From: Gammaproteobacteria bacterium
Lineage (GTDB): Bacteria > Pseudomonadota > Gammaproteobacteria > Steroidobacterales > GCA-2729495
Assembly: GCA_040080965.1 (NCBI GenBank)
Contig: JBEBHH010000004.1
Coordinates: 42,170-106,169, forward strand
DNA: 64,000 nucleotides
Direction: 5' to 3'
Positions 1 to 8,872 of this stretch are shown here, piece after piece; position 1 is the stretch's first letter; each line of letters starts with the position of its first letter. The position numbers and the translations under genes were made by a program. The notes beneath the pieces are model-generated. The model saw only the letters and a list, made by a program, of their open reading frames with translations. It had not been told where the DNA came from and searched no databases.

Positions 1-2256
1 GTAGGTGGCGTCCAGCCAGGTGTAGGAAGCACCCAGGGTCAGGCCGTCCACCAGGTCCGGCTGCCAGACCAGGTCGAGCTCGAGGCCCCAGATCTCGGCC
101 GCCGAGGCGTTGGTCACCCGCGGCGCCAGCGCATCATTGATCAGTATCTGGGTGGTCACCTGCTTGTCGGTGTAGTCCTGGTAAAACGCGGCGCCGTTGA
201 CCTGCAGGTAACCGCCGAGGGTCCAGGCCGTCTTGGTGCCCAGCTCCCAGGCCGTCATCTTTTCCGGGGCGAAACGCTCGTTCTCGATCACCGTCGCTGT
301 CGCACCGGCCTCGAGCTGGTTGATGCCACCGGGCTTCTGGGCCTTGGCCCAGGAGAAATACACGAGAGCTTCGTCGGTGGCCTGCCACTCGACGGTGGCT
401 TTTGGCGTGTGGAAGCGTGACGTCTCTTCGCCACTGATCAGCGCCCAGTCGAGCTGCCCGCCCGGATCGAAGGGATTCAGGATCTCCGGGCCGTTGGGGT
501 CGAGGCCGATCAGCACCTTGCGGCGGGCGTTCTCCCAGGCCTCGCAGTTGACGTCCACACCGGGATTGAGGGCCTCGGAAACCAGCGGTGCGACCAGCTG
601 GCCGCCCAGCACCGCGAAGCCCAGCGCCGCACAGGACGCCTGGTTCGGCCGCAGGATGTCGAAGGTCTCGTAGATGTAGCGATCCTCGAGCGTGAGCGTG
701 ACGCCGTCGGTGACCGTCCACTCGACGCTGAGATAGCCCGACAGGTGGTCGGTCTCCGCCTCCCACACCGCGCCCTTGAAGCCGGGCACATCCGGGCGAA
801 GTTCCTGCCGCACGTAGTCCTGCCAGCTCGGGATGGAAACCAGCCCGCCCGGCGCCGCGGTGCCGTCGCACACGCCGGGGATGTCGCGGACGAAGTCGCC
901 GGCAAAGGTGGTGGTGATGGGCAGGCAGGCCGTGATGCTGTTGTGGTCATCCAGGTCCCGCTCCTCGTGCCAGTAGAGCCCGCCGACGGTGACCTGGACC
1001 GGTCCGTCCCAGGCGCTGGACGCGCGCAGTTCCTCGCTGAACTGGGTGGTGTCCTGGTGGGTGTCCGTGATCATGCCGGACAGGATCCGGTCGGGACGGC
1101 CGATAGCCTGGTAGTCCTGGTCGTAGGCCTGGTCCAGGCTGGCGCTGGTGTAGCCGGTGTAGCTCGTCAGGTTGGCGACGCCGGCGTCCCAGTCCGCGAC
1201 CAGGGTGGCGCGGAACAGCTCGATCGACGTGCCGTCGTACTCGCCGTTGGTGACCGGGTTCTCGCTCTGGGTGACCCGCTTGCCCTTGGCGGAGCCGAAG
1301 CTCCGGGGCAGGCAGAAGCCGGTTGGAGAACCGGGCGGGACGACCACTTCGGGCGGGCAGTACACGCCGAAATCGGGGAGTGTCGTGGCGGTGCCGCCAA
1401 AGGCAGTGCTGATGCCCACACCGGCATCGAGTGCTTCCTGGGGATAGGGCAGGATGGTGTCGCCGTCGATGCGGATTGCGGGCGCGGGATCGTAGTCCTC
1501 GTCGCTGTACTCCACGCGCGCCTTGAACTTCAGGCTCTCCGCCGGCGTGAGGACGGCGGTCAGTGCCGCGCCGTAGCCGTTGCCGCCGCCAACGTCGTTT
1601 GCCGACACGTCATTGGTGTAGTAGCCGTCTTCCGACCAGCTCACGCCCGAGACCCGCACGCCGAGCAGGCCGGGGATCACCGGGCCGCCGACGCCGCCAT
1701 CCACCTGCATGCGGCCGTAGTCGCCGGCATCGACCCGGACGACGCCTTCCAGCTCGTCACCCGGCTCCTTCGTCACGTAGCTGATCGCGCCGGCGAAGGC
1801 GGCCCGGCCGTACAGGGCGCTCTGCGGCCCCTTGACCACCTCGATACGCTCCACGTCATTCAGCAGGCGCTTGTTGGCCAGCAGGCCGGATCCGGCAGAG
1901 ATCGCGTTCTCGGTGGTGACGTCGATGCCGTCCACGAGGAAGGCGACGTTGGAGCGGCCCCGGGTATTCGAGAGACCGCGGATTGTCACGCGGGTGTCCT
2001 GGGGACCGAAGCCCGTGTCGAACTGCACACTGGGCACCAGCTGGGCGATGTCGTTGAGGTCGGTGATGCCCTGGCGTTCGATCTGCCCGGCGCCGAGGGC
2101 CGTCACCGCAATCGGCACTTCCTGCAGGTTCTCCTCGCGCTTGCGGGTTGTGACGATGACTTCCTCGACCTGGGCGTTCGCGGCGGGCACGCTGCCCATG
2201 CCCCACAGGATCGCCAGGACCGCGGGCACGGCGCCCGTCCGGTGAATCGTCTTCAT
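1..2256 (-). CDS. TonB-dependent receptor (C-terminus runs off the window start)
   Basis: Own translation of the minus frame from the ATG at 2256: MKTIHRTGAVPAVLAILWGMGSVPAANAQVEEVIVTTRKREENLQEVPIAVTAL..TIRGLSNTRGRSNVAFLVDGIDV (signal peptide plus plug motifs). The frame stays open to base 1, so it is absent from the ORF track. The last residues in the window, ..LTLGASYTWLDATY, look like barrel strands. Confidence 0.85.
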   Translation of the reverse strand, partial: MKTIHRTGAVPAVLAILWGMGSVPAANAQVEEVIVTTRKREENLQEVPIAVTALGAGQIERQGITDLNDIAQLVPSVQFDTGFGPQDTRVTIRGLSNTRGRSNVAFLVDGIDVTTENAISAGSGLLANKRLLNDVERIEVVKGPQSALYGRAAFAGAISYVTKEPGDELEGVVRVDAGDYGRMQVDGGVGGPVIPGLLGVRVSGVSWSEDGYYTNDVSANDVGGGNGYGAALTAVLTPAESLKFKARVEYSDEDYDPAPAIRIDGDTILPYPQEALDAGVGISTAFGGTATTLPDFGVYCPPEVVVPPGSPTGFCLPRSFGSAKGKRVTQSENPVTNGEYDGTSIELFRATLVADWDAGVANLTSYTGYTSASLDQAYDQDYQAIGRPDRILSGMITDTHQDTTQFSEELRASSAWDGPVQVTVGGLYWHEERDLDDHNSITACLPITTTFAGDFVRDIPGVCDGTAAPGGLVSIPSWQDYVRQELRPDVPGFKGAVWEAETDHLSGYLSVEWTVTDGVTLTLEDRYIYETFDILRPNQASCAALGFAVLGGQLVAPLVSEALNPGVDVNCEAWENARRKVLIGLDPNGPEILNPFDPGGQLDWALISGEETSRFHTPKATVEWQATDEALVYFSWAKAQKPGGINQLEAGATATVIENERFAPEKMTAWELGTKTAWTLGGYLQVNGAAFYQDYTDKQVTTQILINDALAPRVTNASAAEIWGLELDLVWQPDLVDGLTLGASYTWLDATY

Positions 2257-2286
2257 ACCCCTCCCCCCCCGGACCTGGCGGTCCGG

Positions 2287-2829
2287 CTACTTGAACCAGA
2301 TGGCCCCCGGATAGCGCGCGTGCAGTCCCCGATCCATCCCCCGCCAGTGCCCGGTGGGCAGCACGACGAAGATCAGGGCCCACAGATTAAGTACGATCAA
2401 TGACGCGTCGTGGTAGCCGCCCAGCGAGAAATTGACCATCAGGAAGATGGCGATCAGGCCCGCCGTCCGCGTGCAGAGGCCGAGCAGCATGCCCACGGCA
2501 ACCGCGAGTTCCCCCCAGGTGACCACCCAGCCGATGAAGTGGTAGTTGGGGATGATGAACTTCTCGAGATACATGGCGGGGAACGAGGCGGGATCGATCT
2601 CCGTCAGGCGCTTCGTGAAGAGCTCAAGCGGGTAGTCGCCGAACATGTAGTTGCGCTGGAACTTGTTGACGGCGCCACCCAGGAAGAAGATCCCGAACAG
2701 CACCCGGAGCAGCAGCACGAACCCGATGCCGGTGCCGCGCAGCGGGTTGGCCCGCAGGAACTTCAGGGTGAACAGGGGCCGTGGATTGCCGGAATCGTCG
2801 GGCAGGGCGGCGGAGGCAGCGGTGTTCAT
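2287..2829 (-). CDS. DoxX/DoxD-like family inner-membrane protein
   Basis: 180-aa track ORF with four hydrophobic helices (GIGFVLLLRVLFGIFFLGGAV; FIGWVVTWGELAVAVGMLLGL; LIAIFLMVNFSLGG; LNLWALIFVVL). It has the GEL..G.LLGL.TR pattern I associate with DoxX. 30-nt gap to the receptor start. Family call is by recall. Confidence 0.55.
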   Translation of the reverse strand: MNTAASAALPDDSGNPRPLFTLKFLRANPLRGTGIGFVLLLRVLFGIFFLGGAVNKFQRNYMFGDYPLELFTKRLTEIDPASFPAMYLEKFIIPNYHFIGWVVTWGELAVAVGMLLGLCTRTAGLIAIFLMVNFSLGGYHDASLIVLNLWALIFVVLPTGHWRGMDRGLHARYPGAIWFK

Positions 2830-2841
2830 GCAGTACCTCTG

Positions 2842-3363
2842 TCAGGACGACGGGGCGACGGACCGGAGGAACGCGAAGCCATCGACCGGGGCCAGCAGCC
2901 TGCAGGAGCCGGCCGGCCGGAGCGCGGTGGCACCGGGCGCGGTGGCCACGGACCACTGGCCGGAGTTGCGGTCGATCCGGGCGCCGGGCATCTCGATGGT
3001 CACCTTCACGGCGCTGAGGACTGCCGCCTGCCCGCCGCGCACCTGCGCGGGCTTGCCGTCGGGCGCGGTGAACTCGTAGATCGCCAGTTCGCGCGTGTCT
3101 TCCTGCTTCGGCTTGCCGAAGCGGATCAGGTATTCCCAGATCGTGACCACCTGTTCCCAGGTGGTGTGCGGGCGCAGGTTGTAGACCACCACGGGGTAGG
3201 TTGCCGGCACCGGCGACCCGGGGTCACGCTCGCAACGAATGACGTCGTTGCAGGTGGTGCAGATTTCGCTGACGTTGATTGCCGGTGCAGCGGCAGCCGG
3301 CACGCTCAATGCCACGAGCACGATCCCAATGACCCCGAGGACGCCGGCACGCGCAGTGATCAT
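2842..3363 (-). CDS. Exported hypothetical protein (no family recognised)
   Basis: 173-aa ORF with a signal-like N-terminus MITARAGVLGVIGIVLVALSVPAAAAP. It has four Cys (CTTCNDVIRC..C). 12-nt gap to the DoxX gene. Confidence 0.5.
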   Translation of the reverse strand: MITARAGVLGVIGIVLVALSVPAAAAPAINVSEICTTCNDVIRCERDPGSPVPATYPVVVYNLRPHTTWEQVVTIWEYLIRFGKPKQEDTRELAIYEFTAPDGKPAQVRGGQAAVLSAVKVTIEMPGARIDRNSGQWSVATAPGATALRPAGSCRLLAPVDGFAFLRSVAPSS

Positions 3364-3414
3364 GAAAGCCCCCCGCTCTCACCGCAAAGTAGCAACATTG
3401 GACTGGTCGGTCAA

Positions 3415-4164
3415 TTATCCCGTGGGGCGCTTCTTCCGGCGCCTGCCGGGCGCGCCCGCGTCGCTGCGCATGACCCCCTTCACGATCAGCCCGATGGCGT
3501 CGTCGATCTGCCGCCAGCCCTCGGGCTGGTCCAGGTGCAGGCCGAAGTAGCGGGGCGAGGTCCGGGACCGCTGGGCAAGGTAGATCACGGCCGCATAGAG
3601 GATCAGCTGCAGGGCCGTGGCGTTCTGGCGGTCGTACTCGTCGGGACGCGTGAAGAAGCGCCGCAGACCCTTGCCGTAGTGCTCCCGGACCTGGTCGAGG
3701 GCCTGGGTGACTTCCGTCTGCTGGAGCAGCTCACCGGCCAGGATCTCCAGCGTGTGGGGCCGCCGCCGGAGGGCTGCCGAGAAGTTGCGGTAGTTGCTGG
3801 TGAGCTGCTCGGCGGTGGTCAGCCGCGCGTAGGCGGCCTCGTCGGTGCCCATGATCTCGGGATCACCGGGCAGGAAATCGGCCTCCCGCGCCCAGGCCGC
3901 AGCGAGCCCCTCGAGCCCGCCGAAATACGAGTACAGCAGGTTCTTCCCGACGCCGGCTTCCTTGACGATCGCATTGACTCCGATCCGGTGCGCGCCCTGC
4001 TCCTGCAGCAGCCGGTCGAAGGCCCGGATGAGGTCGCGCTCCTTCCCGGCCCGGTCGCGCTGCCACCGGGGCTGGAGCACGGCCGGCTTGCGGGCGACGC
4101 GCCGGCCAGCAGGCGCCTTCCGGATGGCGGTCTTCTTCCTGGCTGGTTTGCGGACGGTGGCCAT
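3415..4164 (-). CDS. TetR family transcriptional regulator
   Basis: TetR-type HTH segment IGVNAIVKEAGVGKNLLYSYFGG after a Lys/Arg-rich N-terminal tail. 249 aa. Confidence 0.8.
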   Translation of the reverse strand: MATVRKPARKKTAIRKAPAGRRVARKPAVLQPRWQRDRAGKERDLIRAFDRLLQEQGAHRIGVNAIVKEAGVGKNLLYSYFGGLEGLAAAWAREADFLPGDPEIMGTDEAAYARLTTAEQLTSNYRNFSAALRRRPHTLEILAGELLQQTEVTQALDQVREHYGKGLRRFFTRPDEYDRQNATALQLILYAAVIYLAQRSRTSPRYFGLHLDQPEGWRQIDDAIGLIVKGVMRSDAGAPGRRRKKRPTG

Positions 4165-4183
4165 GACGTGAATTTAAGGCCGC

Positions 4184-4765
4184 CTACCGGCCAGGCGTGG
4201 CCGCCGGGCCCTCGAAGCGCTGCTTGAACTCCGGCGTGGCCATGTTCTGGTACATGTCCTGCACGTAGGAGAGCGTCGACTTGGGCGCCTCGGCGTAATA
4301 GATGAAGCGCCAGCCCTCCCCCGTCTTGCGGAGGATCGCGTTGGCCCGGATCTTCTCGCCCATCACGGGGCTCCAGCGGAATTTCATCTCCGCGAAGATG
4401 TCCCAGGTGGCCAGTGCCAGCTCCGGCGTGAGGGAGCGCACCCGGATGTTCGAGGGATTCATGTCCATGGCCTGCACGGCCGCCTTGCGCTGGGGCGTGT
4501 TGAAGTACCACTCCAGCTTCTCCCAGCCGATCATCCAGTCCGGCTGCTCCTCGGCCAGGTACTGGGGCGCCGGCTCGGACCTGTCGAAGAGCTCGATGGG
4601 CTGCGGGCCCTTGAGATCCGTGAACATGGCGGACATCTGGCGGATCACTGCCTCGACCTCCGTCTGCACGGACGGCGAGCTCAGTGGAAGCGTGGGTTCG
4701 GCCCCGCGAGCCAGCGGGATGAACAGCGTCAGGGATGCAGCAGTGAGCAGTGCGCATTTGAACAT
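4184..4765 (-). CDS. Exported SnoaL-like / NTF2-fold (DUF4440-like) protein
   Basis: Start moved from the track start 4807 to the in-frame MFKCALLTAASLTLFIPLARGAEP (signal peptide). The C-terminal ..RANAILRKTGEGWRFIYYAEAP resembles NTF2-like cone folds. Family call is by recall only. Confidence 0.5.
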   Translation of the reverse strand: MFKCALLTAASLTLFIPLARGAEPTLPLSSPSVQTEVEAVIRQMSAMFTDLKGPQPIELFDRSEPAPQYLAEEQPDWMIGWEKLEWYFNTPQRKAAVQAMDMNPSNIRVRSLTPELALATWDIFAEMKFRWSPVMGEKIRANAILRKTGEGWRFIYYAEAPKSTLSYVQDMYQNMATPEFKQRFEGPAATPGR

Positions 4766-4813
4766 GACGATCTCCAGGTGGGTGCGCGTGCCGCGATGTT
4801 GGCACATTTTTTT

Positions 4814-5758
4814 TTACCGGGGAAAGTCACGCCCCCAGCGATACTGCCAGATGATCCCGAGACCGTCGTACTCATCGCCGGTCCGGGTGGACACGCCGGT
4901 GCTGCCATAGAGCTTGACCGAGTTCTGCCGGTCCACCGGCAGCGCGACGGTCACGCCCACCCGGGTGTTCTTCCGGAGCGTGTCCCCGGTCACGCCATTG
5001 ACCGTGGTCTCCCCGCCCCAGTAGTAGGTGCCATCCAGCGCCACCCAGATGCCGGACCGGAAGCCGTGCACGACATGGCCCTGCACCGCATACAGCGGCT
5101 CCTGCGACACGGTTCCGCCACCCAGGAAATCCGTGTTATCGGTGTACAGGGCGACGGCGGCCGCCATGTCCACTGTCCACGTGCCCCAGGACTTCGAGAT
5201 GCCCAGCTCGGGCTTGAAGGCCCAGCGATTGGTGCCGATGTTGACCAGCTTCGTGTCGTCGTACTGGCCCACGGGCACCGAGACCTGCAGGCTCGCGCCG
5301 ATGATGACGTCCTGCCGGTAACCGGGGAACTCCCTGAACGACAGCGCGGGAGCCCCGTAGAGATTCACCGAGTAGCGGAAGCGCGGGTCGGCGAAGCCCG
5401 AGACTTCGCGCCGCCGCGGCTGACCTTCGAGCAATGCCGTCCCCGAAAGCCATGTGTACGGCAGCACGATGTCGACCTTCGCTGAGCGGCCCCGGACGCC
5501 GAGGGACCGCGCCCAGGCCAGGAGTGCCGAGTTGGTCTGCAGGTCCGCATCCTCCAGCGGCACCGAGGGATCGAACGCCAGGTTGCCCCCTGTGTACCCG
5601 TAGCCCAGCAGCAGGAAATTCAGGCCGGTCGGCGTGTTGGAGTAGGCCCTGGGCTCGAGCTCCTGTGCCTGCACGCGGGACGATGCGGCGAGTACCGCCA
5701 GGGCGCACACCACTGCCCGAATGATCGGACCCATCCCGCGCACGGTCGTTCTCCTCAC
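4814..5758 (-). CDS. Outer-membrane channel, MetA-pathway-of-phenol-degradation (Phenol_MetA_deg) family
   Basis: Signal peptide ..CALAVLAASSRVQAQE, then ELEPRAYSNTPTGLNFLLLGYGYTGG, the N-terminal signature I recall for this family. Alternating beta-strand pattern throughout. Aromatic C-terminus ..IIWQYRWG. Confidence 0.7.
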   Translation of the reverse strand: MRRTTVRGMGPIIRAVVCALAVLAASSRVQAQELEPRAYSNTPTGLNFLLLGYGYTGGNLAFDPSVPLEDADLQTNSALLAWARSLGVRGRSAKVDIVLPYTWLSGTALLEGQPRRREVSGFADPRFRYSVNLYGAPALSFREFPGYRQDVIIGASLQVSVPVGQYDDTKLVNIGTNRWAFKPELGISKSWGTWTVDMAAAVALYTDNTDFLGGGTVSQEPLYAVQGHVVHGFRSGIWVALDGTYYWGGETTVNGVTGDTLRKNTRVGVTVALPVDRQNSVKLYGSTGVSTRTGDEYDGLGIIWQYRWGRDFPR

Positions 5759-5790
5759 TGCTTTATTGTCCCGACGGTGGTCGACGGGAG

Positions 5791-6801
5791 TCAGAACTCC
5801 GGCACAACGCGCTCTCCGATGATGCGCATGCCCTCTTCCGGGTCATCGTGCAACCGGAGCGCCACCTCGTCGAGGCCGGCGGCTTCCAGTTCCTTGAGAT
5901 GCCGGATGATGCGCCCGATATCGCCGAGATCGCCAGTCAGTGTCATGTTGTCCACGAGCTTGTCGATGACGGGCTCGGGAACGCCCTCGATGCGGGGACT
6001 GCGCTCGAGGAACGCCTGGAGAAAGGCCGGCCGCTTTGCCTCCACCATGGCGGCGTCGGCAGGATCGAGGAAGAGCTCGGTGAACCAGGTCATGAGCAGG
6101 CCGCGCCAGATCAGCTCGCGGCGAGCCTCGGCAATGGCAGCCGCCCGGTCCTTCTTTACGTGCCAGGCCATGAAGTTGTTCATGCGGAAGTCGGCGCGCT
6201 GGCGGCCGGACTTCGCGAGGCCCTCGCCCACCCAGCCCATGACCTCGGGCATCCGCTGCAGGGGCACGTCGGACATCATGGTGCCGTCCGCCACGCCGGC
6301 GGCCATGCGCATCATCTTGCTGAACGTAGCTCCCGCGTAAATGCGGGGCGGCAGCTGCGTGGCCCACTCGGCCTGGTAGTTCTTCAGGGAGTAGAGCTCG
6401 CCCTCGTAGTTCAGCATCGCGTCGGGGCGCAGGCCCTTCAGGATGCGGAGTGTGTCGCGCACGGCCGTGACGCGCCGCACGGGCTCGAGGCCGGTCACCC
6501 GGCTTACCGAATGGCCCAGGCCGCCGATCAGGAGCGTTGCCCGCCCCCCGCTCAGTTCATTGAGCGTCAGCAGCTGGTCCGCCATCCGCAGGGGATGCAC
6601 TTCCCAGGGACTCATCGGCAGCGTGCCGAGCCGCAGCCTGCTCGTGCAGCGCGCGAGCAGGGCCAGCGCGGGAACCGGGTCCCGGCGTGACGGGAAGCTG
6701 GCCACCCACAGGGTCTGGATGCCGTAGCGCTCGGCGAGCCGGCCGAGGCTTTCGACGCGGTCGGCGGGGAGGCCCGCCTCCAGGATGATGTCGATCTTCA
6801 T
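5791..6801 (-). CDS. LLM-class (luciferase-like) flavin/F420-dependent oxidoreductase
   Basis: 336 aa, TIM-barrel LLM pattern (MKIDIIL..GIQTLWVASFPSRRDP..LNELSGGRATLLIGG..IYAGATFSKMMRMAAGVADG..). Clear full-length paralogue of the product of 15205-16227. Confidence 0.8.
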   Translation of the reverse strand: MKIDIILEAGLPADRVESLGRLAERYGIQTLWVASFPSRRDPVPALALLARCTSRLRLGTLPMSPWEVHPLRMADQLLTLNELSGGRATLLIGGLGHSVSRVTGLEPVRRVTAVRDTLRILKGLRPDAMLNYEGELYSLKNYQAEWATQLPPRIYAGATFSKMMRMAAGVADGTMMSDVPLQRMPEVMGWVGEGLAKSGRQRADFRMNNFMAWHVKKDRAAAIAEARRELIWRGLLMTWFTELFLDPADAAMVEAKRPAFLQAFLERSPRIEGVPEPVIDKLVDNMTLTGDLGDIGRIIRHLKELEAAGLDEVALRLHDDPEEGMRIIGERVVPEF

Positions 6802-6886
6802 GCCAGCAGTTTAGCCCAGCCCCCGCAACCGCATCGGGGCTAGACTTGGTGCTGCCTCGCCGCCATCAGACCCGGTAGATCCCGCC

Positions 6887-8131
6887 ATGCTCCTCAATCA
6901 GTCCCGCGCCATCGAACTCATGGAACGTGACGGCCTCGACGGGCTCGTCGCCGTGACGCCGCTGAACACCTACTACCTGTCGGACTACTGGGGCATGTTC
7001 AATACCCCGGGCGGTTACGACGCGGCTTACGTCGCGATGCTGCCCAGGGATCCGGCCCAACCCGCCGCTCTCGTGGTGCCCGCACTGGAGATCCGGCGAC
7101 TCGAGACCAAGGGCGGCAGCTGGATGCCCAACGTCTTCGCCCACTCCCACGCCGATGGCGAGCGGCACTTCGAGGACGGCACGCGGCGCGGCGCCGACTA
7201 CGCCGGCTGGCCCGTGCGCCCGGGTGCCGACCTCGGCGACCTGGAGTCCCGCTGGACGGCCATCGTCCGGCGCCTCGGGCCGCAGATGTCCACCGATGCC
7301 TTCCAGGCCGTCGCCCGGGCACTCACCGCGGCGGGACTCGGGAAGGCCCGTCTGGGCACCGATGACCCGCGACTTGCGGGCTGGCTGCAGGCCGCGGGTC
7401 TGGCGCGGATCGAGTGCCGGTACCAGCCCCAATTGTTCAACGAGATTCGCCTGGTCAAGACGCCGCGGGAAATCGAGCTGCTGACCCTGGCGGCCCGAGC
7501 GAACGAGACCGCACTCCTCGCCTCGGCGGCAGCGCTCCGGGAAGGCAGCTCGTGGGATGAACTGGAAACGGTCTACCTGACGGAGATGTTGCGGCAGGGC
7601 GCCCGCGGCGTGTACCTCTCCTGTGGCGTGGGTGAGCTGCCACATGGCCGGGTCCGGGCGGGCGAGCCCGTCATGTTCGATGCCCTGGGCCACGTGGCCC
7701 GCTATCACGGCGACTTCGGGCGCTGCGCCGTGGTGGGCGAGCCCTCCGCCGGGCACCGGAAGCGCCACCGGGCCATCGCGCTCGGCTGGGAGGCGGCGCA
7801 GGAGTACCTGCGGCCGGGCGTGCGCTACAGCGAACTGGCCCGAGCGGTCGCCACCGTGGTGCGCCGGGAGGGCATACCGGACTTCCGCGAACCGCTCGTG
7901 CACAGCCTGGGCCTGGAACACACGGACGACCCTAAACCTGCGGGTGCCCAGCCCCAGACCCGGCCGGACCAGGTCCTGCGCGAGAACATGGTGATCAACG
8001 TGGATATGCCCCATACCGAGATTGGCTGGGGCTCGGTGCACATGGAGGACACGGTGCAGATCACGGCGGACGGCTGCAGGCGACTGGGCGTGGCGGACTT
8101 CAGCCTGCGGGTCGTTACCAGAACGGCTTGA
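6887..8131 (+). CDS. M24-family metallopeptidase (Xaa-Pro peptidase/creatinase-like)
   Basis: Creatinase-like N-domain followed by a pita-bread fold: VKTPREIELL, FDALGHVARYHGDFGR, HSLGLEHTD, NVDMPHTE..SVHMEDTV (D/D/H/E/E metal-ligand spacing). Confidence 0.75.
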   Translation: MLLNQSRAIELMERDGLDGLVAVTPLNTYYLSDYWGMFNTPGGYDAAYVAMLPRDPAQPAALVVPALEIRRLETKGGSWMPNVFAHSHADGERHFEDGTRRGADYAGWPVRPGADLGDLESRWTAIVRRLGPQMSTDAFQAVARALTAAGLGKARLGTDDPRLAGWLQAAGLARIECRYQPQLFNEIRLVKTPREIELLTLAARANETALLASAAALREGSSWDELETVYLTEMLRQGARGVYLSCGVGELPHGRVRAGEPVMFDALGHVARYHGDFGRCAVVGEPSAGHRKRHRAIALGWEAAQEYLRPGVRYSELARAVATVVRREGIPDFREPLVHSLGLEHTDDPKPAGAQPQTRPDQVLRENMVINVDMPHTEIGWGSVHMEDTVQITADGCRRLGVADFSLRVVTRTA

Positions 8132-8696
8132 CCTTGCCGAGGAACGCGACGGCGAGGACGAGGGCGTAGAGCAGTAACGCCCACGCCATGGTGATGTTCG
8201 TCGCCCGGGTCACCTCCCGCTCCTTCTCCGGCGTGGAACCGTCCGGCCCCATCCGGAGGATCGTGGTGAAGGGCTGGAACACGAGGTCGATGCCGAGGAT
8301 CACCCAGAAGATCAGGCCGAACAGGAGCAGCTTCGTGGCGAACCAGGCTGCCTCGATGGGCGCGCCGTTGGCGAGCGACAAGGCTCCGAGCCCGACGAAG
8401 AAGCCGCCCAGCACCAGTTCGTAGGCCTGGTTGAAGCGGAGCAGCCCACGGGCGAAGGCCGTGCCCTTGTACCTGACCACGGCGAGGTGCAGGGCGCTCC
8501 AGAGGATGCCGGCTGTCCACGCCAGCGCCATGAGCCAGCCGGGAATCGGGTACAGGCCCAGGTCCCGCGCGAGATGCATGCCCACCGGCAGCAGCAGCGC
8601 GAAGGCGATCCGGGGAAACAGGTCGATGTAGAAGGCAAGCTTGATCAGCGTCGCGCGGGTCCCGTACCCGAGTTTCGGGTCCCTGACGAAGGCCAT
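8115..8696 (-). CDS. Polytopic membrane protein, family not recognised (5' end uncertain)
   Basis: 193-aa ORF with several hydrophobic helices. The in-frame sequence upstream of the ATG encodes another helix (VLDTHLLWAYVHIVLFVYWLGADVGVYLV) preceded by GGAGG but with no ATG/GTG/TTG. See findings. Confidence 0.6.
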   Translation of the reverse strand: MAFVRDPKLGYGTRATLIKLAFYIDLFPRIAFALLLPVGMHLARDLGLYPIPGWLMALAWTAGILWSALHLAVVRYKGTAFARGLLRFNQAYELVLGGFFVGLGALSLANGAPIEAAWFATKLLLFGLIFWVILGIDLVFQPFTTILRMGPDGSTPEKEREVTRATNITMAWALLLYALVLAVAFLGKVKPFW

Positions 8697-8794
8697 GACC
8701 AGGTATACGCCGACGTCGGCGCCCAGCCAGTAAACGAACAGGACGATGTGGACGTAGGCCCACAGGAGATGCGTATCCAGGACCCCTCCCTCGC

Positions 8795-8817
8795 CCGGGG
8801 ATCACCCGGGGAATCAC
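8795..8817. repeat. Tandem 11/12-nt direct repeat CCGGGGATCAC / CCGGGGAATCAC
   Basis: Read directly at 8795-8805 and 8806-8817, in the divergent intergenic region between the membrane-protein gene and the acyltransferase gene. Confidence 0.6.
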
Positions 8818-8872
8818 GACGTGTCATCATACTGCCGATGACCAGCACCGGCGCCTGACCTGCCCTGAAATC

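Noticed and set aside
745-2403. 552-aa plus-strand track ORF (and similar long ORFs, e.g. 2410-4227 +, 9812-11893 +, 15983-17881 -, 27983-30865 +, 39033-40712 -, 55072-56673 -, 56908-59715 -)
   Set aside because: All lie antisense to or out of frame with genes that show clear family motifs. Their translations are Arg/Ala/Gly/Pro/His-rich with no recognisable motif. This is the expected shadow-ORF artefact of GC-rich DNA, where stop codons are rare.
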